Shown here piece after piece: positions 1 through 10,738 of a DNA stretch of 59,506 nucleotides. The DNA comes from a virus (taxonomy: Duplodnaviria; Caudoviricetes). The stretch is taken from positions 1-59,506 of IMG/VR virus record IMGVR_UViG_3300005758_000046; one strand, written 5' to 3'. The notes under the pieces were generated by a model. That model saw nothing but the letters and a program-made list of their open reading frames with translations, was not told where the DNA came from and ran no database searches. Each line of letters starts with the position of its first letter. Positions within the stretch are counted from its first letter, which is position 1. A program made the translations under genes and the position numbers.

Positions 1-2
1 TC

Positions 3-3000
3 ACTTTGTATGAAAGTAAACATATTGGTTAAACTTATGTTTCTATGTTTGAACAAAGGTCCTACATAAATCTGTTCATTTAATGCACGAATAATAAATC
101 TAGTTTCTGTTGAGGGGAAGAAATCAAATTCATTGCTGTCAAAGCCCACACCAAAACCAGTTCCGTATTTTTCATAGTCCCATAACTTGTCAGAAAACTT
201 AATAGTTCCGTTTTGAACACCTATTCTATTCCAATTTTGGGTTTCATAAATGTAAACTTCGCGGTTGCCTTGACCGTTGCTTGCTACTCCCACTATCAAC
301 CCATCGGTTGCGGTTAATGTTAATAAATCGGTGTATGTAGCTACTTCTAAGAACGTTCTAGTATTATCATCGTACCCATCTGCCCACCAATAAATATTTT
401 CCCAATAGTTAGAGGTGTCTGCAAATTGATCTTGTATACTTAAGAAATTAATATTACCAAATTCATTTATTGGATAGGTAGATACTACGCTATTTGCATA
501 TTCTAAGTAGTTTTTAAGAGCAGATAATCTGTTGTTAAAGAAACTCTGTCTAGGTCTAACACTTATCCCTGTTCTTAACAATTTAGGAAGAGAATAATCT
601 GGCACGCTAGCACCAGTTTCATCTACCCCTGCAAAACTATCCAATAATCTGTCATATAATCCAGTAGGATCATTATATCCTTTATTAGGATTCGGGAACC
701 CTACTAAAAAGTCTTCCGGATAATTAGTTCTAATTAATTGAAAGTCCAAATGTCCGGTGGCTGCATTCGAATTGTTGCCAAAACCTAAATGTAAGTTAGT
801 ACTAGTATTATTGATATATTCATCTACATTATAAAATGCATAGACATTCGATTCAATTGGAGCAAAAAATGCAATTCCTGAATTCTTAGGATCAGTGATG
901 TACTGTTCAATGATAGTATCACTTAGTGTTTTTCCTAAATTAACTGAAATAATATTAGTGTTTCTAACCCAATAATAATATTTTGCTACTAAATTATTAT
1001 TGCTATCTGTTGTATAAGTTATCGAATATTTTGCAGTGTCGTATGGGGTGCCTACGCCATCATATAACGAAGGTATAAAATCACTTTCTACCCAAGTATA
1101 CACGGTGACATCGCTGCCTTCAAAAACAGCACCCCAGTTTTCACTATTATAAACATTGTCATCTTGTCTATAATTTACAAAACGGGTATTCGACGGATTG
1201 AACCAAATTTTACCCACATGCATATTAGTCCAAACAATGTTTCCAGTACTGTTGTCTGGTGCATTATATCCTGCAGGATCTGTAGGTGTCACGTAGTCTA
1301 AGTTTTCTACTACTGCTCCTAATAATTTGCCCTGCAACGGATCTATGAAATCAAGTCCTATAATAGTTTCATCTGTTTTATTGTCGTACAGAGAAACTTT
1401 TTGTATTTTTTCTACGTCAACCGCTAAATTTGGTTTTCTGTAAATATGCCAGTTATCAGTAGATGAATTATTCTGCCATACTAAAACTTTTCCACCTTCG
1501 GTTGTAGGCTGATAATTTGGAGTACCTATAACTACTACAGAATCATTGAAAGAAACTGCGGTTCCATACATAGGTTGTGATCCATAGTTTTGATCCACAT
1601 CATTTAATGACTGTGCATATGCATACTTTCCGATATTAGTTAAACTTTCATCGAATGAAGGTATGTAATCATACATATATGCTGCTCCTGCATTCGAATT
1701 TACCTCTTCAAAAGTAGTTAAATTGTTATCGAATACAGTATCGTTATGAATATTGTTGTCATTAGAAAAATCAAATGTAGTATTGATGTATCTATTTGCT
1801 ACTGGAGCAGTAACCACATAACTATTGTTTTCATTGTACTTTATAGCGTATCCAAATTGAGTTCTAGTTTGTGAGTGCGGATCTTGAATTACCTGAGATT
1901 TTATGTAATCAGTAAATCCCATTTCATACAAATAATTTCCATTAAACACACTTATGTTTAATTTATTATTAGTAGGACCTAAGTTTATGTCTCTCAATCT
2001 AATTACTAATCTTCCGTCTTCGGTCGCATATGCAAATACATTGGTCACCCCGGCTTCATTTATAGCGTTTGCTAATGTAGCTGCGTTGCCCGCTGGCATA
2101 TAAACTCTATAACCGTTTATTAGTAAGTAAGTATCCTCACTTAGATTAGCTGCAATCAAGCCGGTCATAGTTCCAAATCGTTTACCCTCATTGGTAAATC
2201 TATATACTGCACCCTCAGTCTGAACGTTATTAATAACATCAAATGGTGCGCCAATTAACAATTCACTACCAAATGTATTAGTGTCTAACGAGAAGCCAAA
2301 CAATTCACCTTGACGTAAATCGCCGGTATTATCGAACCCGTATATTTGTTGAGTTAATACGAATTGCGCACTACTTACAGTAATTATGTCACCCGCAAAA
2401 AGTCCAATGGTGCCTATCACAATAACGTTTAATATTACCACATATTTGCTAGTGCTTAATAATTCACCATTTACATAAATTCGTGTTTGATTAGTTGGGA
2501 CGAAGGCTAAAATAATTAACAACGGATCAGTGGGTCGTTGATCATATTGCACTTCAATATTTTCAACTAATCTATCATACAAGTATACTATACCAGTATT
2601 TGACAAGTTGCCACTATAATCCGTATACGGAGCACCAACAAATAACTTACTTCCATCATAGTTAGTAGATAAGCTAAATCCAAACTTATCTCCTACTTGA
2701 GCCATTGGAGGACTGATGGCACCAACTAAGCTAAAGTTCACACTAGCAATGTAGATATTAGAACCGGTGGGCGCAGTATACTGAATTGGCTCTAGTGTAT
2801 AAAAAGTAGTCGTGTTGGCGCTAACGTTATAAGTTCCGGTAATTACAGTTACTGAAGCATCATCACTAAAGGTAACTTTGTATATGTTCGCTCCCGCTGG
2901 AATCTCTGCAAATATCATTTCTACAGTGTAGAACGTTGTTCTATCTGTTCCTGGATCGTATGCTTCGTTTGCGATGGTATATAATCTAGAACTAAGTGGG

Positions 3001-6000
3001 CCGGTATTGGTAAACGCAACTTTATCACCATGTGCCAACTTACTACGTTGATCACCGGCACATCTAAACAAATACGTTCCTTCTTCTGCTGCAAATAAAG
3101 TGGTAGCTCCTATCGCAGAATAAGCCGTCACAAAGTTTACTGATTGTCCCTCATTAATAAACGTTAGTCTATTACCCGAAACCGTAAATTGTTTTTGATT
3201 TACTACTGTAGCCGAAGCTAGCTCTATGCCAGCACTAGCATAGGTTAACTCTTTGTCTCTTTGGAAACCCAACACTGTCTCGTCGTTTTGTGCTCCTAAA
3301 TACAGTAAATTACTGTCGCCGGATATATCCATAGCATCACCTACTCTGCCGCCGATGATGGTTATAACCTGCTCTTGAACTATACTGTTTATATTACTAC
3401 TTGGTGGAATCTTATAAACAAATATTTGACTTATTAAATCATCAGGTTTCGAGATGATCAATAAATCTTGGCTATACGTAATAGACTTGCCAAAATCTCC
3501 ACCTTTGGTGATAGTGTTTTTTAGATAAAATAGACCATTGGGACTTATTGCATAATGATACACTGTACCTTCAGCAACATCGCTGATGAAATACCCAATG
3601 TTTGGTACATACGCGACTGCTGAACCAAACTCACTAGTGGTAATTATTGAATCTACTGTAGATACTTGATAATTATTAGTTTTTTCATAGACTACCCAAT
3701 TACCATCTACGTTATTATCTATCCAAACTTTGTTGGTTGCATACTCTGCATTCAACAACGGCAGATTATCAACATCTCTGGCAGTAGATAAGCGTTGGCT
3801 TTGAAGTAGATATACTAATCCTCTTCCATTAAGCACATTTACTTGACTATCTAGATTTAAAGAAATTAGTATGGATTGAATAGAAATAATATCTTCTACT
3901 CTGTAGAAACCATTAATTCTTTCATCGAAGTTTAAAACTCCAATTAATTGATTTTTTAGTAATCCATGTGGCTTTTCAAATACTAAAGTTACATTGCCAT
4001 TTAAATTGTTATAGACCGTGTTTAATATAGATTTCACAGACACCGGTGTATATATTTGCCACGTGTTATCTTTATCTGCTAACCAAATATAATCATTTTT
4101 GTAGATATCATTAATATCTACTGATTGTAATGCATTAACATTATAGGCGCTGGCTCTAACATCATTCTTGTTGACAAACCCCGCACTGGCTAATTTTTCG
4201 GTATACGAACCAGTGATGGTAGGAAGTATGTTAGAATTAGATATTGGTCTTCCGTAATTTTTTATATTGTATAAAGTAACTTCTTGTTGAGTTCCATTTT
4301 TTGATTCATCTTTTACGATTCCTAAAATACTAGGATTACCGGTTAGCTTTGATTCATCCAAAGTGACTTCGATGAAGTTTTGATTCATCAATCCACCGTA
4401 TTCCCCTGTTTTTATAGCCCAGTTTTCGAAAACATTATAATTCAACTGGTTTTGTTGTATGTTTATTCCCTGCAGTTTAGTTATGCTATCTACTGTTCCC
4501 TTGCTAGTTATCATGTTTTTATAAACATTGATTTGTGTAGCATCAGTAAAGTTAGCATCTGCAAAATACTGTCTAGGTCTAAATCCTATTAATGATGCGC
4601 TTAAAAGATCGCCGTCATTTTCTAAATTAGGATTAGTTGTATTGTAGAATAAGGTAGCCTCATATGCTCTGGTGCTGGGATTAGGTAATAATCCTTTTTG
4701 TATATCATCATATGATGTTTTTAACCATTCATTATAATCAAACGAATCCTTAGGCAATATTACGGGTTTGTTAGCTATGTAAAACTCATTCTTGAATTTT
4801 ACGATTACTCCCTTAACGTATTTTATATTAGGAACCCATTCTTCTATATTATCTTGATTTAAAATGAACCCAGCGGCGTTTAATGTTCCGTTCCATTCAG
4901 CCGATTTAGTACCAGATACTAATATCCTTTGCTGACGCAATCCGGTTACTAAATTATATATAATATCATTGAATGATGTAACATTGTCAAAGACAATAAC
5001 ATGCTCTATTGAATTCAAATTTGCTTTAAAGAAAGAAATTGAATCACCTTCGTTTAATGCCTTGACACTGAACTCAGTACCGTTTCTGTTAATAAACATG
5101 TCGCTAATAGATATTGGTATTAAATTTTGATTTAAAACAAAATTATCCTTAGACAACGTTAGTGGTTGAACGATAGTATTTTCTTTATTAATAACTACTT
5201 TTCTTGCATTAGGGTTTACGTTAATTGTGCTGCCTACTTCCCATCCAGTATCTATCCAATAAAGTAATTCGTATGTGATTTGATCCCAGTTAACTTCTAT
5301 GCCATTTTCGACATTTTCGAATCTAACGCCCTGAGCAACCAAGTACTTTCCATAACCTCGGATAAATGTACATAATAAGTCAACCGAACTGAACTCATAT
5401 CCATATGGAGTAACGATTGTGTCTGTTGTGTAGTTTTGCGGTATCTTAGCCGTTGTTTTATCTACCGTAAAATTATCTAATAAACCGTTATTAAATGGTG
5501 CATACGATAAAAAATAAGTTTTATTTTGACTGTTGCCAAATACCTTCCAACCATTTTGTGTTTTCTGAACAATAATAGAACTATAAGTTATAGTATCAAC
5601 CGGTTGGTTATCGTATAATAAAACACTGTAGTTGTCATCCGGAATCATTAATGAATTATTTTTACTATTCGTTGATCCCTTCTCTACGTAGAATTTTAAC
5701 AAATCTTTATCACTAAATCCAGCAAGGCGGTATGCTAATCTAACATCTAAATTACCAACCAAATCAGTTATAGTAGTCGTGCCGTCAATTCCGAACTGGT
5801 TTAGATAATCCACTATCCAATTTATGTAACTATGGGCAGCAACACCGTTACCATAAATTTTAGAATTTGCAACAGTGTTTCTATATCTATTATCGTATAG
5901 ATATTGATTAAACTCTTCGTTATATTTGTACCTATCTAAATCAAAGCTTAGTCCAAACAATTTAGCAGGCTTTAATAAAGCCATAATTCTTACTAAATCA

Positions 6001-9000
6001 AATGGCCAATTGCTGCTTTTTAAATATGCATATTCTGCTGGGCCTACATCACCTTGAGTCCACAAATTTTTAAATTTGTCAACATTGTATGACGATAATA
6101 AAAATTCAAATGGACTTTTTAATTTACCCATTGAATCAACTGGTATTATGTTTAGTAAATTTGGCCTAATTGCATTATTATTGATATAGGGATCGCCGTT
6201 ATTCCAAACATATCCGTTAGCTAAATCTTCCCATAAATAGGTATTATCACTAGTATACGGAGCTGCCCCGTATCTGTTATCCCACCAATTTGGTTTGTCA
6301 GTTAATCCTAACATTTCCCAAGGTGCGGTATCGGGGTTGCAGGTGTCATATAACCAAAGGTAAATTCCTCTCCAATTTCCTTTTTGTATTTTCTGATTAT
6401 TGAAAATAAAATTACTATCTCTATAGTTATAGGTTAGTGGTTTAGAAGAATCATAGAAATGCTCTTGATAATCAATACGATTTAGCCCAACCCAATTTAA
6501 AAATTGATAGTTATAAATTTCCTGATAGTTCTCATAACTTATACCTATATTTCTGAACTGACCCGGAGTTATTTCTTGCGGTTCTATTGGTAGTTTAGCT
6601 TTTACTTTTAAGTTATTATAAATTCTTAATTCAAATTCTAAAAGAACTCTATCTCTATAATCAGTCAATGATCCATTAATATAGTCGCCGTATAATTTAT
6701 TATACGAACCGTCATGACCTACAATGAAGTATGTGGGTGTTAAAAAGGTATTATCTAAAATAACCTTAGGCAGTGTGTTAGGATATAATCCTAACTTTGT
6801 TGGTGTGCTAGGTACATAACTGCCATAGGTCTGATCGTATTCTTTAATAACTATTAGATCGTTATTTTTTAAATTTTTAGTTATAGTTAATGAAGGTTCT
6901 ATATCCGAAATTATGTAATCTACACCTTTTACCAACTGAATTGTTTCTAAGTTTCCAAAAGAATTTCTAGTAGTTAAGTATACTAAAACGCTTTCGTAAT
7001 TAGCATTAGAAAAATCATACACCTTGCTTAGTGTGAACACATTGGTGCTTAATTCTAATTTAAACACATAAGAACTGGTTACTTTAGCATTTTTAGATGG
7101 TAACATATCAGTCCAAAAGAAGGGACTTGTGTTTAACTTAGGTTTAGTAATCCTATCTAAAACGTCATCTAAAATAAATGCAGGTGTCTGTAAAGAATTG
7201 TAATCGCTGTTAGTCAGTGTTTCGATTAACAATCCCTTAAACTTTGTATATTCATTCGAACTGTAATTTAATGCGTCAAAGAAATTATTATTTGTATTTC
7301 TTAAAAACGGAGCGCAGTTAATTAGTGATGCACTGTTTTGAATTATTTTTGTGCCATATGCAGTAACACTACCCAAATCTCTATAATTATTAGGCCCAAA
7401 TGCCGCACCTACTAAATTGGGTACATTGTTGCATATACTCTTATAATGACCTCGTATGTCTCCTAAGTTAATAGTAGACATGTTTTCATTAAAAGGATTA
7501 TGATCCAAATTGTTTGGTATTTGATAATATCCTATTTTAGAAATTTGATCACTATACAATAATATTGTTATTTGGTCATCTGCACTTAATGGTGAATCAA
7601 ACACAATAGTGGTTGTATTTTCAGTGAAGGTATATATGTATTCGTCTGTACTCAACCTAGTGTTATTAACGTACACCACTGTCACTGGCCATTTTGTTTC
7701 GCTTTGTGGTTTTACTTTTACATCACAAACTACTCTAGAATTCATAGTCTCCAAATATCTGATATCAAATACCTGATATTGAAAACTAGTATCAACCGCT
7801 GTTTGCCATCCTATTAATCTTTCGTAAGCGTTAATAGAAGTGTAATTGTGAACATAACCATCAGTTAAAGACTTTGATCTTACTTGAGAGTTATCCACAA
7901 AATTAAATTTTTGCGAATTTAACGTGACATTAAATTGAATATCGCTGTAATTTGTTGCCGAACTATACTTTATAGGAAATAGTAAAACTGGATCGTCTTG
8001 TCCTGTTCCGGTAGCGTACTCAAACAGAGTGCAACCTGAAAAATCAGAACCGGAATAAAAATCATTGTCGCTATAACTGATTCCATTATTATCGAATATA
8101 TCAAATAAAGGAGGTTGGTTTACTCTAGTTTTTTCCTGCGTTTGGTTCCAATTGGTTCCATCAAAATAGAAAGTTTTCCCTATATAATTTTCTCCGGCGC
8201 GGATAGCAGTTTGACTACCGGCTGCTACTTCTCCGTTAGGAGCTACTGTCAGCGTTATTATCGGGACTTCTGAATCAGATACCGCCTCAAAGGCCACTTT
8301 CCAAATTTTATTTTTAACATTTGGATTCAGATCTCCTGCAAATATAATAGTAGCGCCATCGTAAAGATAAGAGCTGCTACCATCTGGAGAGAACGCAGGT
8401 TGTCCAGCAACTTGTGTAAATGCATCAGTAACTGTGTAATTTATAAAAGCAGTGCTAGTAATTGAATATGTACCTGCATTAAACAACTTTAAGTTAGGAT
8501 AAAATTCTATAATAGGTCTTTTTGCTCTGTTATTTGGATTACCTAATGCCTCTGTAGTAATGGGACTAACTGTAGTATTTTCAATAACAGTGTTGAGAAC
8601 ATCTATATGGAACCATCTGTTTCCCCTACTCCATGCGTTTTTATTTAGGCTATTTCTAGCTATTAAAATGTAGTCCGGATCTTTGGGATAATACAAAGTA
8701 TCATCCCAAGGAAAACTATCATACGCAGTAGAATCATACGGAGTAGTCAGCGGTGTACCAAAAAGTTCCGGAGTTTGGAAATCTCTTACCGACAGTAATT
8801 GTATGCCTGTACCTACATTTTCAACATAGTACTGATCTGTTTTGTATTTTTCTGGTACCACGTTGCCGGAAAACTGGACTTTAAGTCCATTAGTAAATTT
8901 TATTCCATTTGGACTAACATATGATGTTTTATTTAAAATGTCATTTTCTACATCAATTATGACGCCAGCCGGCTCGTCTACCAATTTTATAATACCTACT

Positions 9001-10721
9001 CTTTGTTCGTTTTCTCCATCTTGATAGTATAGTGTATCAAGTCCGGCAGTTAAAATTGGAATCAAAAATATTTCTGCTAGTGAATTCTTGACAAAATTTC
9101 TACCTATATAGAACGAGCCAAACTTTATAGTTATATTAGTGTTATCAGGTAAATTCCCAGCTTCGGTTAATCGAATAACATAATCATTATTTCCCGCACT
9201 GATTAAAGATATTCTGTAATAGTGCTTGTTTATTTCGCTAGGAACCTGTTGTTCGAACAGCCCTTGGTCCACTATTGCAGTCATTGATCCCGTACCGTTA
9301 GACAATTCTACAATAGAGCCATTTGGTTCTGTTGACAGTGTAAATGTAGTGTTGCTAAGTATCTCTTTAACGTAATACATTCCGCCATAAAACGCAGCAG
9401 AAATAGTAGTAGTAGCATTCGCAGTTATATCTAGTTCTGGTCCATTTGGAGTAGCACTTATAGTAAACTGTGAGTTATCTACAATAGATTTTATGTAGTA
9501 TTGAGTACCAGCAACGATTCCGGAAACAGAAGAAGCGAATGAAACCGGTTGATTCACTGAGAAACCAACAGTGCTTGCAGTAACCAATCTATTATTAGAA
9601 GCAATTACTGCTGATACAACAAACGTTCCACCGGTGGTTATGCCACCAAATGTAGGACCGGTAAAGTTTACTCCTTCGTTGACACGCAAATTAGCAGTAG
9701 AAGCGCAGGTCAATATATTAGTGCCAGCAGCAGTATTAGTAACAGTAATAGTAGCCGAGGGAGTCAATGCTGTATCGTTTGTGTCAAACCCTTGACCCTC
9801 GTAAAATTGTCCGATGTTGCCAAACACACCGGGATTGGTACCATAAAACAATAATGTTTTGTTGTGTAATTCTGTGATACCGTCAATGTTACCTATACTA
9901 GACAACAAACTTCCATTAAGTTCGTTAAATGTTTTCGTTGTGACTAAATCTATATCTAAGTTTCCGGGATAAATCCATTCGTTTTGGTCTTCTGCTAACG
10001 GGACATTAAATGTAACTACCCCTTGGCTAATACCGTTAAAATCTACTCCGTATACGGATCTAGTTGTAATGTTTGGTCTTGCGTTATTGGTGCCATCTGT
10101 GCCGGGTTCAGTTTGAATCCAAAACGGAGAATTTTGATTTACTATAAATCTGTACGTACCACCACGAACTAGAGTTAAGGTAGGATTACTACCTTGCAAC
10201 GTAACGCCGTTTGTAGAAAAACCGAAGAGAGAATTATTAATACTAACATCATATGTTAAGTTGTTAAAAATCGTTTCGGCGGTAATCGTAACTGGATCCG
10301 GGCCGTTGGGTAGCCAATAATATTGAGAATAATTAATTAACTTATCTAGATCACAAAAGCTATCCCAAGAATAGAACTGGTTCGAGAACAAATTACTATT
10401 ATTATCCGTATAACTATTTTCATTTGATAATGAATCTAGCATACCCGGATAGGTAATTAAATCTACTGCACGTGCAGTGTCTTTTTTCTTAAAGATGACT
10501 GCAGGCTCTAATTGATAATCTGCACGAATCTTAGAAGGTTCTACCAAATATTTGTCATTACGATTTATTCCATAGCCAAATTTACTACCAATATAACCCT
10601 GTATTCTAGTAAAGTTAGGCTGTTGAACTAATTGGTCTAACGTAACAGACAAAAATTGTTCATTGGTTTTTGTTTTGAAAACATCCGGCAAAAAATCGAT
10701 TGTTCTAACTCTTGTTACCAT
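3..10721 (-). CDS. Giant baseplate wedge/structural protein (gp7-like position), at least 3573 aa, 3'-partial; contains FG-GAP-like beta-propeller repeats
   Basis: ATG at 10721 gives MVTRVRTIDFLPDVFKTKTNEQFL. Manual translation at 9300-9780, 2700-3250 and 3-60 stays open in the same frame, and the track lists no minus-strand ORF here, consistent with no internal stop. Repeats such as FGFSLSTNYDGSKLFVGAP and FGFSLDTNTFGSELLIGAP are present. Lies directly downstream of gp6. Confidence 0.85.
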   Translation of the reverse strand, partial: MVTRVRTIDFLPDVFKTKTNEQFLSVTLDQLVQQPNFTRIQGYIGSKFGYGINRNDKYLVEPSKIRADYQLEPAVIFKKKDTARAVDLITYPGMLDSLSNENSYTDNNSNLFSNQFYSWDSFCDLDKLINYSQYYWLPNGPDPVTITAETIFNNLTYDVSINNSLFGFSTNGVTLQGSNPTLTLVRGGTYRFIVNQNSPFWIQTEPGTDGTNNARPNITTRSVYGVDFNGISQGVVTFNVPLAEDQNEWIYPGNLDIDLVTTKTFNELNGSLLSSIGNIDGITELHNKTLLFYGTNPGVFGNIGQFYEGQGFDTNDTALTPSATITVTNTAAGTNILTCASTANLRVNEGVNFTGPTFGGITTGGTFVVSAVIASNNRLVTASTVGFSVNQPVSFASSVSGIVAGTQYYIKSIVDNSQFTISATPNGPELDITANATTTISAAFYGGMYYVKEILSNTTFTLSTEPNGSIVELSNGTGSMTAIVDQGLFEQQVPSEINKHYYRISLISAGNNDYVIRLTEAGNLPDNTNITIKFGSFYIGRNFVKNSLAEIFLIPILTAGLDTLYYQDGENEQRVGIIKLVDEPAGVIIDVENDILNKTSYVSPNGIKFTNGLKVQFSGNVVPEKYKTDQYYVENVGTGIQLLSVRDFQTPELFGTPLTTPYDSTAYDSFPWDDTLYYPKDPDYILIARNSLNKNAWSRGNRWFHIDVLNTVIENTTVSPITTEALGNPNNRAKRPIIEFYPNLKLFNAGTYSITSTAFINYTVTDAFTQVAGQPAFSPDGSSSYLYDGATIIFAGDLNPNVKNKIWKVAFEAVSDSEVPIITLTVAPNGEVAAGSQTAIRAGENYIGKTFYFDGTNWNQTQEKTRVNQPPLFDIFDNNGISYSDNDFYSGSDFSGCTLFEYATGTGQDDPVLLFPIKYSSATNYSDIQFNVTLNSQKFNFVDNSQVRSKSLTDGYVHNYTSINAYERLIGWQTAVDTSFQYQVFDIRYLETMNSRVVCDVKVKPQSETKWPVTVVYVNNTRLSTDEYIYTFTENTTTIVFDSPLSADDQITILLYSDQISKIGYYQIPNNLDHNPFNENMSTINLGDIRGHYKSICNNVPNLVGAAFGPNNYRDLGSVTAYGTKIIQNSASLINCAPFLRNTNNNFFDALNYSSNEYTKFKGLLIETLTNSDYNSLQTPAFILDDVLDRITKPKLNTSPFFWTDMLPSKNAKVTSSYVFKLELSTNVFTLSKVYDFSNANYESVLVYLTTRNSFGNLETIQLVKGVDYIISDIEPSLTITKNLKNNDLIVIKEYDQTYGSYVPSTPTKLGLYPNTLPKVILDNTFLTPTYFIVGHDGSYNKLYGDYINGSLTDYRDRVLLEFELRIYNNLKVKAKLPIEPQEITPGQFRNIGISYENYQEIYNYQFLNWVGLNRIDYQEHFYDSSKPLTYNYRDSNFIFNNQKIQKGNWRGIYLWLYDTCNPDTAPWEMLGLTDKPNWWDNRYGAAPYTSDNTYLWEDLANGYVWNNGDPYINNNAIRPNLLNIIPVDSMGKLKSPFEFLLSSYNVDKFKNLWTQGDVGPAEYAYLKSSNWPFDLVRIMALLKPAKLFGLSFDLDRYKYNEEFNQYLYDNRYRNTVANSKIYGNGVAAHSYINWIVDYLNQFGIDGTTTITDLVGNLDVRLAYRLAGFSDKDLLKFYVEKGSTNSKNNSLMIPDDNYSVLLYDNQPVDTITYSSIIVQKTQNGWKVFGNSQNKTYFLSYAPFNNGLLDNFTVDKTTAKIPQNYTTDTIVTPYGYEFSSVDLLCTFIRGYGKYLVAQGVRFENVENGIEVNWDQITYELLYWIDTGWEVGSTINVNPNARKVVINKENTIVQPLTLSKDNFVLNQNLIPISISDMFINRNGTEFSVKALNEGDSISFFKANLNSIEHVIVFDNVTSFNDIIYNLVTGLRQQRILVSGTKSAEWNGTLNAAGFILNQDNIEEWVPNIKYVKGVIVKFKNEFYIANKPVILPKDSFDYNEWLKTSYDDIQKGLLPNPSTRAYEATLFYNTTNPNLENDGDLLSASLIGFRPRQYFADANFTDATQINVYKNMITSKGTVDSITKLQGINIQQNQLNYNVFENWAIKTGEYGGLMNQNFIEVTLDESKLTGNPSILGIVKDESKNGTQQEVTLYNIKNYGRPISNSNILPTITGSYTEKLASAGFVNKNDVRASAYNVNALQSVDINDIYKNDYIWLADKDNTWQIYTPVSVKSILNTVYNNLNGNVTLVFEKPHGLLKNQLIGVLNFDERINGFYRVEDIISIQSILISLNLDSQVNVLNGRGLVYLLQSQRLSTARDVDNLPLLNAEYATNKVWIDNNVDGNWVVYEKTNNYQVSTVDSIITTSEFGSAVAYVPNIGYFISDVAEGTVYHYAISPNGLFYLKNTITKGGDFGKSITYSQDLLIISKPDDLISQIFVYKIPPSSNINSIVQEQVITIIGGRVGDAMDISGDSNLLYLGAQNDETVLGFQRDKELTYASAGIELASATVVNQKQFTVSGNRLTFINEGQSVNFVTAYSAIGATTLFAAEEGTYLFRCAGDQRSKLAHGDKVAFTNTGPLSSRLYTIANEAYDPGTDRTTFYTVEMIFAEIPAGANIYKVTFSDDASVTVITGTYNVSANTTTFYTLEPIQYTAPTGSNIYIASVNFSLVGAISPPMAQVGDKFGFSLSTNYDGSKLFVGAPYTDYSGNLSNTGIVYLYDRLVENIEVQYDQRPTDPLLIILAFVPTNQTRIYVNGELLSTSKYVVILNVIVIGTIGLFAGDIITVSSAQFVLTQQIYGFDNTGDLRQGELFGFSLDTNTFGSELLIGAPFDVINNVQTEGAVYRFTNEGKRFGTMTGLIAANLSEDTYLLINGYRVYMPAGNAATLANAINEAGVTNVFAYATEDGRLVIRLRDINLGPTNNKLNISVFNGNYLYEMGFTDYIKSQVIQDPHSQTRTQFGYAIKYNENNSYVVTAPVANRYINTTFDFSNDNNIHNDTVFDNNLTTFEEVNSNAGAAYMYDYIPSFDESLTNIGKYAYAQSLNDVDQNYGSQPMYGTAVSFNDSVVVIGTPNYQPTTEGGKVLVWQNNSSTDNWHIYRKPNLAVDVEKIQKVSLYDNKTDETIIGLDFIDPLQGKLLGAVVENLDYVTPTDPAGYNAPDNSTGNIVWTNMHVGKIWFNPSNTRFVNYRQDDNVYNSENWGAVFEGSDVTVYTWVESDFIPSLYDGVGTPYDTAKYSITYTTDSNNNLVAKYYYWVRNTNIISVNLGKTLSDTIIEQYITDPKNSGIAFFAPIESNVYAFYNVDEYINNTSTNLHLGFGNNSNAATGHLDFQLIRTNYPEDFLVGFPNPNKGYNDPTGLYDRLLDSFAGVDETGASVPDYSLPKLLRTGISVRPRQSFFNNRLSALKNYLEYANSVVSTYPINEFGNINFLSIQDQFADTSNYWENIYWWADGYDDNTRTFLEVATYTDLLTLTATDGLIVGVASNGQGNREVYIYETQNWNRIGVQNGTIKFSDKLWDYEKYGTGFGVGFDSNEFDFFPSTETRFIIRALNEQIYVGPLFKHRNISLTNMFTFIQS

Positions 10722-10738
10722 GTAATTCTACCTATAAT

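Noticed and set aside
1-10738. Apparent 10.7-kb gene desert in the ORF track
   Set aside because: It is one minus-strand ORF whose stop lies outside the window
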